Below, in pieces: positions 23,033-34,699 of a DNA stretch of 64,000 nt (positions are counted from its first letter, which is position 1; the number at the start of each line of letters is the position of its first letter). The notes beneath the pieces were generated by a model. That model saw only the letters and a program-made list of their open reading frames with translations, was not told where the DNA came from and made no database searches. Origin of the DNA: Mobula hypostoma (taxonomy: Eukaryota); NCBI RefSeq assembly GCF_963921235.1, contig NC_086117.1, positions 15,562,001 to 15,626,000 of the forward strand, in the 5' to 3' direction. The translations under genes were made by a program, and so were the position numbers.

Positions 23033-25219
23033 GTTTATCTTATTCCAGGAAAACAATTCCGTTTCATTGGTCTCCCTTCAATGCCCTGATGACATCATAG
23101 TTAATTCATACTGCACATCCTTCTTAAAGTAACCTTACTCAAAACAGGCAGCAACATTCTATCATCTACATGAGTTCAGCATTCCTTCTTTCTTTTAGGC
23201 AATCACTATTTTTAACCATGGCTTTATGAATGTACTGTAGCTTTCGATATTTGATATCCCCAAATACGTCTGGTTGTGTCCTTTTACAATTTTAATTTTG
23301 AGTGTATGTTTCATCTGAATTTGTTTTCCCTGCAAATTCTAGGACCATAAGACCATAAGACATAGGAACAGAATTAGGCCATTCGGTCCATCAAGTCTGC
23401 TCTGCCACTCCATCTTCCCTCTCAACCCCATTCTCCTGCCTTCTCCCCGCAACTTCTGATGCCCCAACTAATCAAGAATCTATCAACCTCCTTTTTAAGT
23501 ATACCCACTGATTTGGCCTCTACGGCTGTCTGTGGCAATGAATTCCACAGATCCACCATCCTCTGGAAAACTTCAGGAATCAAAGCACAAAATTCTGGGA
23601 AAAGTTCTGCAAGTCAGGCAGCATCTGTGAGAAAAGAAACAGTTAAAGTTTTGGGTTCGTGGGCCATCAGCAGTAAGAAAAGCCCACATTTAGGGGATCA
23701 GACCCAAAACATGAACTATTTCTCTTTTCGCAGATGCTGCCTGACCTGCTGAGATTGCCCAGCGTTTTCTGATTTTATCTCAGATTCCCAGCGTCTGCAT
23801 ATTTTGTTTTGATTTTCAATCAGGATTCTCTGCAATAAATTTAATCTGGTCCCCATATACCTAACTTATTACCCTATTTAATGCTCCTGAACTCACTTAA
23901 TACTCTTCATAGTTTTGTACACTTTTATTTTTATATGACCTGAAGTTTTGAGATTGTGCTGAAAGCCTACAGGCACTAGTAACCACTCTTTTTTGTCTTC
24001 TATTTGTTATTACTCCCTGGCATTTCCAGCCCTTTGTACTTTTTCTATGTGGAAGTACCAGAACAATTTCTTGTCCCTGTCCTTCCTTGTACGGTTTTGC
24101 ATTTTGATGATTAATCTTGGGCAAATGGCAGATAATTGAGATTGAAGACCCAACTTAGTCCAGCGATCATAGAGCCATACAGACATCGAACACAGAAACA
24201 GGCCCCTCAGCTCAACTCATCATTTTGGGATCCTGAGATCTTACTGGCATGGAACTGCCCACAATGGTCATGATCAGTTCAATGCAAGAGGACACAGACA
24301 CGGAATACAAGGATGTCCCTTTAGAAAACAGATGAGGAAGAATTTCTTTAGCTAGAGAGTGGTGAATCTGTGGAATTCATTGCCACAGATGGCTGTGGAG
24401 ACCAAGTTACTGGGTATATTTAAAGTGGAGATTGATAGGTTCTTGATTAGTAAGGGTGTCAAAGGTTATGGGGAGAAGGCAGGACAATGGGGTTGAGAGG
24501 GATAATAGATCAGCCATGATGGAATGGCGGAGCAGACTCAATGAGCTGATAGGCCTAATTCTGCTCCTATGTCTTATGGTCTTATGGCAAGGAGAGTTGT
24601 TCCACTGCCATTAAAACTTTCTTCCTTTCTGCGGGCTTGTGAATGTGAATCTGCATTAAGGAAAGAGATAATTTAACATTGATTTTTTAAAAGAAATTTG
24701 TATTGATGTGTCCTTCACTACTGCCACTATGACTGGCACATTGCATTCAAGGTTGCAAACAGTGTGCGATTTAGTGCAGCTCCACAGGAGCCTGGGTCTT
24801 TGTTAAAATCACTGCAGAACGCAAGGCTTAGTATTGCAGAGGCTTCCTTCAATCACACGAAGGCCAATCGCAATGACAGAGGTAGCTCGATTACTTCTTC
24901 CTTCGGCACTAAGCATATAAACAATCAAGGGATTTGGCTTAGACGGCTGAGCAATACTCAAGCTAAAGAAACCTGTCCAGCAATTAGCATGACTGGTGCT
25001 TTTTTAGAGACTTTTACCAATAATCATTATTCGGGGAAGTGTTTCTCATTAGCTGCTGGAAGGATAGGAGCTGACATCTCTAACTCTGCTTGTGACAAAT
25101 CATGATTCTTGCAAAGTGACCCTAACCAATAACCATAGTTGATTGTTCTTAACCAATGGGCACTCACATTTCAAGTTTCAATCATTCTGTTCTTAAAAAT
25201 GTTCCTTACTTTAAAATAT

Positions 25220-25775
25220 ACTCAGTGGCCACTTTATTAGGTATGGCCTGAACCGAATAAAGTAGCCACTGAGTGTACGTTTGTGATCTTTTGCTGCTGG
25301 AGCCCATCCACTTTTGACGTGTTGTGCATTCAGAGTTGCTCTTCTGCACACCACTGTTGTAACCTGTGGTTATTTGAGTTACTGTCGCCTTCCTGTCAGC
25401 TTCAACCAATCTGGCCATTCTCCACTGGCCTCTCTCATTAATAAGGCATTTTCGCCCACAGAACTGGATTTTTTTTTTGTTGTTTTTCATGCCATTCTCT
25501 GCAAACTATAGAGACTGTAGTGTGTGGAAGTCCAAGGAGATCAGCACTTTCTGAGATAATCAAATCACTCCGTCTGGCACCAACTATCATTCCATTTAAA
25601 GCCACTTAGATTACTTTTCTTCCCCATTCTGATGTTTGGTCTGAACAACAACTGAACCTCTTGACCATGCCTGCATGCTTTCATCCATTGTTTTGCTGCC
25701 ACGTGATTGGTTGATTAGATATTTGCATTAACAAGCAGGTGCACGGGTGTACCTAATAAAGTGACCATTGAATGC
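25220..25775 (-). mobile_element. Tc1-derived element (same family as 15150)
   Basis: Same TIR; CLINERGQWRMARLVEADRKATVTQIT. Confidence 0.85.
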
Positions 25776-28635
25776 AGTTTTGTAATCTAACTTTCTCCCT
25801 TTATCACAAATCTCACACCTAACACCCTGCCGATTTGCCTTCTCTCTACCAACATCAGCTTCTAGAAATCAGGTTCTGGGTTCACCAAACATCAGCTCTG
25901 TTTGAGCAGATGGTACTGTATGTGGCGACTCTCTGCAGACGTACTTATTATGTCCATTATAATCATTCTACTCTTTTAAATGTAAATTGCCTGCTGGCAC
26001 TGCACTTTCTCTGTAACTGTAATACCTTATTCTACATAATTTTAGTGTTTTCCCTTACATTACTTCAATGCACAGTTCTAATGAAATGATCTGTACGGAT
26101 CATTCAAATCAACTGAATGGATCACAGTTTTCACTGAAACAATAATAAACCAATTTACCCTTTTACATTTAACAATACTAATCCACTCTCCTCTACACAA
26201 AATGCTGGAGGAACTCAGCAGGCCAGGCAGCATCTATGGAAAAGAACACAGTCAACATCTCAGGCTGAAACCCTTCGGATTTCCAACATCTGCAGATTTT
26301 GTTTAGTTCGTGATTGGACCACTCTCCTGTACTAACTGATTCCTTGTTCTTCAACCCTTTCCCTTTTCCACTTATCACCATCCAACTTCTCACTTCACCA
26401 CCTACCTCGCCCCTCACCTGGTTTTTCACCTTCTAGCTTGTACTCTTCCCCTCCCTTCTTATTCTGGCTTCTTGCCCCTCCCTTTCCAGTCCTGATGAAA
26501 GGTCTCTGCCCGAAACTTCGATCGTTCTTTCCTTTCCATCGATGCTGCCGAGTTCCTCCAGCATTTTGTGTGTGTTACTCTGAATTTCCAGCAACTGCAG
26601 AATCTCTTGTGTTTAGGGTTAGCAATAAGTTCCAATTTCTGAAAATCTCTGCCCTTTAGAATTGATTCCTCTTACTGCTGACATTTCTTCACAAACAAGA
26701 GAAAATCTGCCAACGCTGGAAATCCAAGCTGGAAGCCCTGATGAAAGGTCTCGGCCAGAAACGTCGACCGTACTCTTTTCCATAGATGCTGCCTGGCCTC
26801 CTGAGTTCCTCCAGCATTTCGTGTGTGTTGCTGACATTTCTTGTTTTATTTTGCTGAGTCTAAAAATACTCTTGTCAATATAAATTCATCTGCAAAATTA
26901 AAACTTGGGTATTTGAAATTTATAATTCTGTAATATTACAATTTAAAATAAAGGTTTTAAAATGTTTGCGAATCATCAGTTTTATTCAGCACTGTGAGGG
27001 AATGGGACTGATTTAGTAGCATTTTCAAAGAGCTTTATCTGTACAATAGTCAGTCTGGTGTTCTTCACTCCTGGTACAAGAAGGACTCTGAGTTCTAATG
27101 GTCCCAATTAGCTGTGGAGCCCTTTGTTTTCAATAATGTAAGAACTGACTTGAACACTAGCCCCATGCCTTCTGTTGACAAGGTCATTATTATGCAGTTT
27201 ATAAAGGCACGCGGGTGCCATTGTAGCGTAGCAGTTGTCGCAACGCTATTAAAGTTTGTGTTCGGCATTCAATCCGGTATCCTCTGTAAGGAGTCTATTC
27301 ATCCTCTCCGTGGAATGCCTGGGTTTTCCCTGGATGCTCCTGTTCCCTCCCACAGTCCAAAGACATACTGGTTAGTGGATTAAGTGGTCACCGTAAACTG
27401 TCCCGTGATTATCAAACTTGAAATCATTGGATTGATGGGTGGCACAGCTTGAAGGCCGAGAGGTCCTATTCTGCATTGTATCTCTAAATAAAAAACTAAA
27501 TAAATAATTGTTGGATTAAGGTGTAGAATTGTTATTTTTCTTGCAGCTTAACTTTCCTAAACTTGCTTCTATTTTTATATAATCATCTATTGTGTATATG
27601 TACATGTAGTTGTTCAGTGAAATTTTCTGTAAATATGGTAAAGTTGCTTCCATATTTTTCTAGAAGTTTCTTAGTTTTCAGTAGCAGATGTCACACCACT
27701 TCAATCTGGTTATCTTATTTCAATTGTTATCACTGGGATTTTGTCTGTCTCTAGTCTGAGTATGAGACGACCACGACTGATTTTTACTTCGTCTTTTCTT
27801 TGCTCTCTCAGCTCCTCTTTCTTTGTTCTTATAACCCTTAATAAGCCGGCCGTAAGCAACAAGTTTTATGCCTCATTCTTGACTTCCGAAGAGCCTTTCA
27901 ATTGCAAAATATCAGGATTCAATTCAACATAATCGCTGTTTCCTCCATTTCTGTCATACACCAAAAAAAAAATTTCTTCTACAAGTTTTCATATTGTTTG
28001 CACATATTCACACAACCCCACAGTCCTCACTCAGGGAAAGGAATTAAAATGGCCACTCTTCTGAATCTGCAGGAAATGTCTTATAGCTTTCTTTTTCTCT
28101 CTTTCTGCTCTAATTTTTATTTTTTACATTTCCTGTTGTATTATAGTATCTTTATGTACTGCACTGTACTGCTGCCACATAACAATTTTACAAATTATGC
28201 CAGTGATAATAAATCTGATTCTGATTTTGATTCTCGCATTTTAATGTTAAAATGGGAGAGGATAAACATGGCTCCAAAAAACTCAAAGTAAAAATGAAAT
28301 TCCTCTACTACTCAGCATCTGAAGTGATCTTTCAACTCTATATAAAATCTTTGCTGTTTCAGGAGAGGGACCCTGTGCATCATCAGTTTGCGCATAAGCT
28401 CTGTGACTCGGACGACCAGTACTAGAAGCAGAAGATTGTTCTCTGGTTCTGTGGATCTAAACTTTAATGAGTTTGATTGGGTGATAGTTTACTTATTGAT
28501 ATAGACTTTGTTGAACAGGTCACACAGTGGAGAGAGTTTCACCAGATTTTGCCTCCACAACTCTAGGGAGGTTTTGTAACTCATTCTAGGGAGTTCTGAT
28601 GCATAGTCTGTTGGAAAGCTAATAGGAGATTGTAC

Positions 28636-28704
28636 CTGGCCCCTTCTGTGGCTTCTGTGAGGCGGCAGCTACGGGTGGGATCACCGCTTGTGATTTTTTG
28701 ATTA
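28636..28704 (-). CDS. NTNG2: candidate alternative exon (69 nt): (I)IKKSQAVIPPVAAASQKPQKGP
   Basis: tttcctttttgttttacacgtatacag|TA...CCAG|gtacaa; phase 1-1; Pro/Ala/Lys linker at the position where mammalian Ntng2 has alternative stalk exons. Confidence 0.65.
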
Positions 28705-29399
28705 CTGTATACGTGTAAAACAAAAAGGAAACATTTAGTTGAGCAAGAGTTGAGACATCCTAAACAACAGTCAGTGATCACTGTAACCATTTTCACAGGA
28801 GTGGGCAAATTTCTAATAAAGCTCCCAGTCTGTTTCAGTCCACTGACTTTCCTCGAAATGGGAGTTGACCTCCTGCTGGCCTCTTCACTACGCTCTCCAC
28901 CAAGTGCCGACAGCTGTGTTTTGGAACACTTTCCTTGATCCATTCTATTTCATCAATCTTTCTCCCAGAACTTAAAAGACTTCTTTAAAGTTTGTTGCAC
29001 TGATCATTGCCCTGTCCTGTTCCCACAGCTGGAAGCACTTCGATGTTGGGATGTGGGAGAGTGGGTTCATGATGAGGACTCAAAGCTCTTGTGCTTTGCA
29101 CTGGAGTTACAGGCCAGAAAGACACACAAGTACGGATCTGGTCCCAGGACACCAGCTCATCCAAGGTTACAAATGATCCCAGGAAACACTGTCATCTTGG
29201 GAAGTTACTTACAAACAGATGAAAGCAACTGTTGACAGGAAGACATAGAGACAGGGCTTTACTGCTTCAGAATGCTGAACCAGATATCCAGAAAGAAGCA
29301 CAACTATGTTCTGAAAACTTCAACACTGCTTCTTAAGGGAGTCAAAGTGTGAGGCTGCCATCTTAGACCGAGGTCCTTTGTCGTTAATGACAAAACACC

Positions 29400-30220
29400 T
29401 GAGTTATAGCGAAAGGTTGACTAGGTTAGGACTTTATTTCCTAGACCATAAGAGAATGAGGCGAGATTTGATAGAGGCACACAAGATTGGGAGATGGGTT
29501 GGAGAAATGTCTCTACCAAAGGAGGTGTAAGGTGCTCTTTTCCTCTGCTAGCCTGCAGGTCACTCTTGGGTAAGGTGTAGCACCTGCTTAGCCCCCGATC
29601 GGGGTTACCCAAAGCCATGGGATCAGGTAGTGGATGGTCGTACGAGCAGCTGGTGCCCATCACACGTCCAGGTTATGCAACCACTGACGCCAGGCAGGCA
29701 GTCTCTGAACAGTATTGATAATGGCTGGGGTCACCCGTCTTATAAAGACACTGCCCAGAGGAAGGCAATGGCAAACCAGTTCTGTAGAAAAATCTACCAA
29801 GAACGATCATGGTCGTGGAAAGACCATGATTGCCACATCATATGACCCGGCACATGACGGTGGTGATGATGGTACAAGATTAGGAGGGGTGCAAATGCAA
29901 GAAGGCTTTTCCCGCTGAAGTTGGGTAAGACGGGAATTAGAGGTCATGGGTTACGGGTGAAAGGTGAAATGTTTAAGGGGATCATGAGGGGGAGCTTCCT
30001 CACTCAGAGAGAGAGGAGAGTGTGGAATGAGCTGCCGGTGGAAGTCATGGATGCGGGTTTGATTTCAACATTTGAATTTAGATAGGTACATGGATGGGAC
30101 GGGTATGGAAGACTGTGGTTGTGATGCAGGTCGACGGGAGTAGGCTGACTAATAGCTTTGCATGGACCAGATGGGCCAAAGGGCCTAGTTGTATTCTGTC
30201 GTGCTCTATGAGTCTATGAC
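29400..30220 (+). mobile_element. CR1 3' fragment interrupted by an RTE-like non-autonomous insert (~29495-29872)
   Basis: CR1 sequence resumes after duplicated acaagatt(g/a)gga; the insert ends in a (gat)n tail. Confidence 0.7.
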
Positions 30221-30607
30221 TCTGTCCTAAATGGCCAGCTGTTCTCTTCTCTTTATAGACCTGATATGTTTCCCGTGTCATTCTATTTACTTCTTATTTA
30301 TTTTTCTTTATTTTGCTCCCTTTTCTGAGAGGGTGTGAGGCCAATAGTTCCTGGGGTGGCTTTCCAAGCACCTGTAATCACCAATTCTTCGACGGATCAC
30401 TGGCTCCGGGGACACAATCCGTTTTGCCATCCTGCGCTGCCAGGCTGCCTGGCGGCCAGGTGGCGCATTGGAATGCCCCCTTCCTGCCACCGGCAGCAGG
30501 GGACCCACAGGGTGGCCCATCAGGACGCACCCTGCCTGCCGCTGTCGCTGCATCGTCTGGTACCCCCACACCTCACACGGACAGGGTGCCGCGTAGGTAT
30601 GCCTCAC

Positions 30608-30795
30608 TCAGACACGGAGGCCGGACAGTCCATCGTCCAGCAGGTAGCGTGGGGAATCGGGGCGCGCTGGTAGAGTTGACAGCACTAGTGACGGGAAGGT
30701 CACATGACTGTTGCTCAGGCAGGATCGGAGTGAGAGACGTCTGACACCGAGGCGAGAGTTAACGGCACGAAACTCGACCACAGTCATCCTGGACC
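30608..30795 (-). CDS. candidate alternative terminal exon (62 aa plus stop)
   Basis: ttctgacacatccctgagctgcag|GG in phase with the 27-nt exon; open to TGA at 30608-30610; two minus-strand AATAAA at 30307-30312 and 30297-30302. Confidence 0.35.
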
Positions 30796-31069
30796 CTGCA
30801 GCTCAGGGATGTGTCAGAAAAGTCACTTGTACCCCCCAGACTCTGTTCCAAAATATTAATTCCGTTTGAAGAAACTGTGGAAAAACTTGCTTTAAGTAGA
30901 TGATGGACATGCAAAACAAACCCAGATTCTGAAAGCAAAACTTGATGGAAACAAAATAGAAAGACACTTGAAATAAAGTTTTAAAAATTATGATCAAAGT
31001 AAGAAAACTGATAGACGTGGGAGTGATGAAGAGACAGAGACAGAGGCAAGTGACCCGGTTTGTACTTAC

Positions 31070-31096
31070 TGCCGTAAGCAGAACTGGCAGCTACAC
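31070..31096 (-). CDS. NTNG2: NTNG2 27-nt linker microexon: (C)VAASSAYG
   Basis: cttcttctgatttcttttcag|GT...GGCA|gtaagt; phase 1-1; resembles mouse Ntng2 CAAAGSAFG (recalled). Confidence 0.92.
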
Positions 31097-32379
31097 CTGA
31101 AAAGAAATCAGAAGAAGATGTTAAGGAGGCCAGCAGCAATTCGATGAATAGAACGTTCCCCACCGCCCCCCCCCCACCCCGTCCTCGCTGTGACAATAAA
31201 ACTCAAGACAGTGGTTGCACTGCAGTCTGCACCCAGCCTGGAGTTTGCCCTTATGCATATGGTTTTAAAGTGGGGATTGGCTGTTGCGTCGAATACCACT
31301 CATGGGTTAATAACTCTGCATTTTGTAACGCCAAATTCGGCTTTGCGTGCAGTTTCACAGATGCATGTTGTCACACTGAGAGGGCAATTTTAGAAGAGCA
31401 AATTTTCCTCTCGATACATGCTAAATGTGTTTGACTTTGGGGCAGGGAGGGCCACTGCTAGTTGTAACAACGTGCATGGTGGCTGTTGCACCATCTTGTG
31501 CAACACAGCCGGGGGATGCAGCAGGCAGTCGTAATAGGTGGACATTGGGTCCCCTACACATGGAAGTGAAGGACCCTCTCACGCCCACACAAGTGAGGCA
31601 GGAGAACTGTGGTTCATCGCTGTACCATACAGGGCCAACAGTACAGCTGTGAAATGGTGCCACCTCAGCTGTTCTATCTGACAACACTACCTTTGAACAC
31701 TTGCAGTGGTTTCTCATCCAAACTCACATTTTTTAATACAATCAATCCCGAAGGAGTTGGAAGTACCCATTTCTGGGTGATAGTGAACTTGTTTTCTGCC
31801 AGCACCATTGACTTCCCTGAAAAACATGGGCTTCTGCCCAAGGCTGTGTTGTAAGGGAGCTGTTCACTGTTTAATGGATGTAATTTTTACATTAATGTGC
31901 ACTCAGCAAATGGTCTCCAGTGATCCCACTAAAATCTCCCCTGCTGTCTATGCCCTAACTCTGAACTCCATTTACTTGACCTGGGAAATAAAAGGGAGAT
32001 TCATGGTCGATTGCATCTTGTTTTTGACTCTTTGATTTAGCGGTTAATCTGGGAAAAGTACTGTATGCATTGAAGGTGTTGCTCAGCTACGCCATGCTTG
32101 GAAGTTCAATGCTTGTGTCAGAGATACCTTCAGCAGCCTAGGAGATCACTAACTCGTCAGAACTTACCTTGGGCATGGACAACCAGGTAAAATAAATCAG
32201 TTGAGGAAATATTTCAATGACATTTCTTTTCAATTAAAGCCAGAAAGTATTGAAGTTACTTTATCTGAGGTGGGAAGCAAAGGTACGTTTCCACTACACG
32301 CGAGATCCATTCTTTGGACTAACGAGTTTCCAAGACACAAAATTTACAGTTCTTTCTTCCTGCAAAAAAACTGCTTGAG

Positions 32380-33140
32380 TATTTCAAGTGAAGTGATACA
32401 TTTTTGGAGGTTGAATTTGAAGGCAGAATACAGGGTTAAAGGCAGGATTTCGAGCAGTGTGGAAGAACAGAGGGACCTTGAGGTCCACATTACCGATCCC
32501 TCGAAGTTGCTGCACAGGTTGATAGGGTAATTAAGAAGATATATGGTGTGCCGGCTTTCAAGTGTTTGGGGGATTGAGTTCAAGAGTGTGAGGTAATGTT
32601 GCAGCTCTATAAAACTGGTTAGATTACACTTGGAATATAGTGCTCAGTTCTGGTAGCCTCATTATAGGAAGAATGTGGAAGCTTTAGAAAGGGTGCAGAG
32701 GAGATTTATTGGGATGCTGCCTGGATTGGAGAGCATGTCTTATGAGGAGATGTTGAGTAAGCTATAGCTTCTCTCTCTGGAGTGAAGGAGGGTGAGAGGA
32801 GTACAAAATGATAAAAGGCAGAGATTGATTGGAAAGCCAGAGACTTTTTCCCAGGGCGGAGATGGCTAATACAAGACGGCCCAATTTTAAAGTAAAAGGA
32901 GGGAAGTACGGAGGGATGTCAGGGGTAAGTGTTTTACATGGAGAGTGGTGGGTGTGTGAAATGAGCTGCCACCGACAGTACTAGAAGCAGATACATGAGG
33001 GAAATTTAACAGACTTTCAGACTAGCAATAGATGAAAGAAAAATGGGGGGCTATGTGGCAGAGATGGGTGAGACTGGATTTGGTGTAGGTTGAAAAGTTG
33101 GCACAACATCATTGGCTGATAGGCCCGTACTTCTATTCTC
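32380..33140 (+). mobile_element. CR1 LINE 3' fragment
   Basis: EVIHFWRLNLKAEYRVKG...VEEQRDL; typical 3' UTR. Confidence 0.88.
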
Positions 33141-33669
33141 AGTCAGTGGGACCTCAAGCGATGCTGAGCAGTTAATCTGATAGATTTTTATCTTTCTTCC
33201 TGACAGGTACCTGCTATTGTTGTAAAGGCAATAATCTGTATTTCTAGGAAACCTTTACCACAAAGAGAAATCATCCCACGGTGTTTTGGAGAAATAAAAT
33301 CAATAAACCATATACATTAAAGTTATGATTTTAAAGACCACTATCTGAGAGATGCAGTGTCAGACATGTACACAGTGGAAATGGATAAATTCCAGTTGTT
33401 ATTCTCCTGCCCTTGTACTTGAGCTAATGTTTGCAGGTCTGGTTATAGCAAAAATTATTCTCAAAATATTTTTCTATCTGATAGAAAATGTGATTGTTAG
33501 AATAGCTGAGGTGTTACTGGGATTCTACTCCCAGGTCCAGGGTACTTTAACCAGCAACAGAAGACAGGCGGTTTTCAATCAGCTTCCTTCCCCTGATTTT
33601 TATTTGCTTTGGAGAATAAAGCACTGATTTGTGTTGGATCGGGAATTCCACAATTATGTCCCAAAGTAA

Positions 33670-33890
33670 ATTTGAGTAATCTTGCTGTTTGATTAAGCAT
33701 GTTTGTTCTTTTAAATGATTTATTACGGGTTGTATATAAAAATACATTAATTGCATATGTCATCATGCTACCAACGTGACACATGCGCGCCTCGCTTAAA
33801 CTCGAAGCTAGACCTGCATTTCAGACTCTCGTGTCTTCCTTTGAATTAGTTTAATGTTTTGAAGTTACATAACATAAGATTGGCGGCGAG
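33670..33890 (+). mobile_element. Gypsy-type LTR fragment with primer-binding site
   Basis: Ends ...gttacataaca (33874), followed by tggcggcgag (TGGCGACGAG-like PBS); TATA-like tatataaa inside. Confidence 0.55.
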
Positions 33891-34478
33891 AGAGGGAAAG
33901 TGCTTGAGTTTCATGCATGTTTTGGCCAGATTCAGCAGAGTTAAAAAATCTCTGTCAGTGAACTCCACTGTGCCTGGATTTGACTAAAAACAATTGTCCA
34001 GAGCTACAGTCTATACCACGGGACTGGGAGTTGTTCTTCCGTGTTCACTTGTTTCTGGAACACGCCATTATAGCTAAGGCATTGGAGTTGTCAAGACTAT
34101 TCTGGATTTGAACATGTCTTCCCCCAAACCTTGCACTTTGCATTAGTAATCCTGAAGGAGGTGGTAGTGCCCACTTCAAGGTACAAGTGAACTCCTTGCC
34201 AACTGCTGTCACTCTGCCATTCAGTCTCCTTCCAAAAACCTGGGCTTCTGGTGGGTACATTTGACCAGGGCTGTGTTGCTGGGTGCTGCCCACTGAAGTG
34301 GAATGAGGAACCTGTAGAGATTTCGAAAGTTCAGTGAAAATAGTGCATTCAGAAGAGATGGATTGTTACCTAATCGTAGCTCATAGTAGCAGCAAACCCC
34401 AAGGGTTACTTCCTTTCCAATGAAACATGGTCAACAAACAGAGGGCATGACACTATAAGAAAGCAATGGTATACATAC

Positions 34479-34651
34479 AGCTGTTGGCTGTTCCCATTGG
34501 GTATGGGCTGTAGCTGCCCGGTCGCCATGACTTGGCTTTATAGCTCTTCCTGCACTTTCCACAATCTTGGCCTGTTGTGTTGTGATCACATTCGCACATC
34601 AAACTCCCCTCCTTGAAGTGGCAGCTATTTGCATGCATGTTGCATTTACAC
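34479..34651 (-). CDS. NTNG2: NTNG2 laminin-EGF 1 exon (173 nt, phase 2-1)
   Basis: ccttcttgttccag|G...AGCT|gtatgt. Encodes (R)[57 protein letters not shown]. Confidence 0.96.
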
Positions 34652-34699
34652 CTGGAACAAGAAGGAGTGAGAGTAACAGGTCAGTGAAAACTACCACAG

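Noticed and set aside
24764-25105. 113-aa plus ORF and minus-strand ELEMSAPILPAANEKHFPE segment
   Set aside because: Non-ATG start and no recognisable domain; the minus segment stops before any donor.
26160-26190. Apparent extra microexon ...GTAAAAGG|gtaaat
   Set aside because: The donor is the reverse complement of a LINE tail (caataataaaccaatttacc), and the acceptor side is a Penelope insert.
31108-32035. Several overlapping 60-98 aa Cys-rich ORFs
   Set aside because: No EGF cysteine spacing and no matching splice sites; consistent with chance ORFs.
627-34651. Assignment as NTNG1, classical netrin or laminin
   Set aside because: The C-terminal GPI-type tail excludes classical netrins and laminins; diagnostic residues ([28 protein letters not shown]) fit NTNG2 better than NTNG1.
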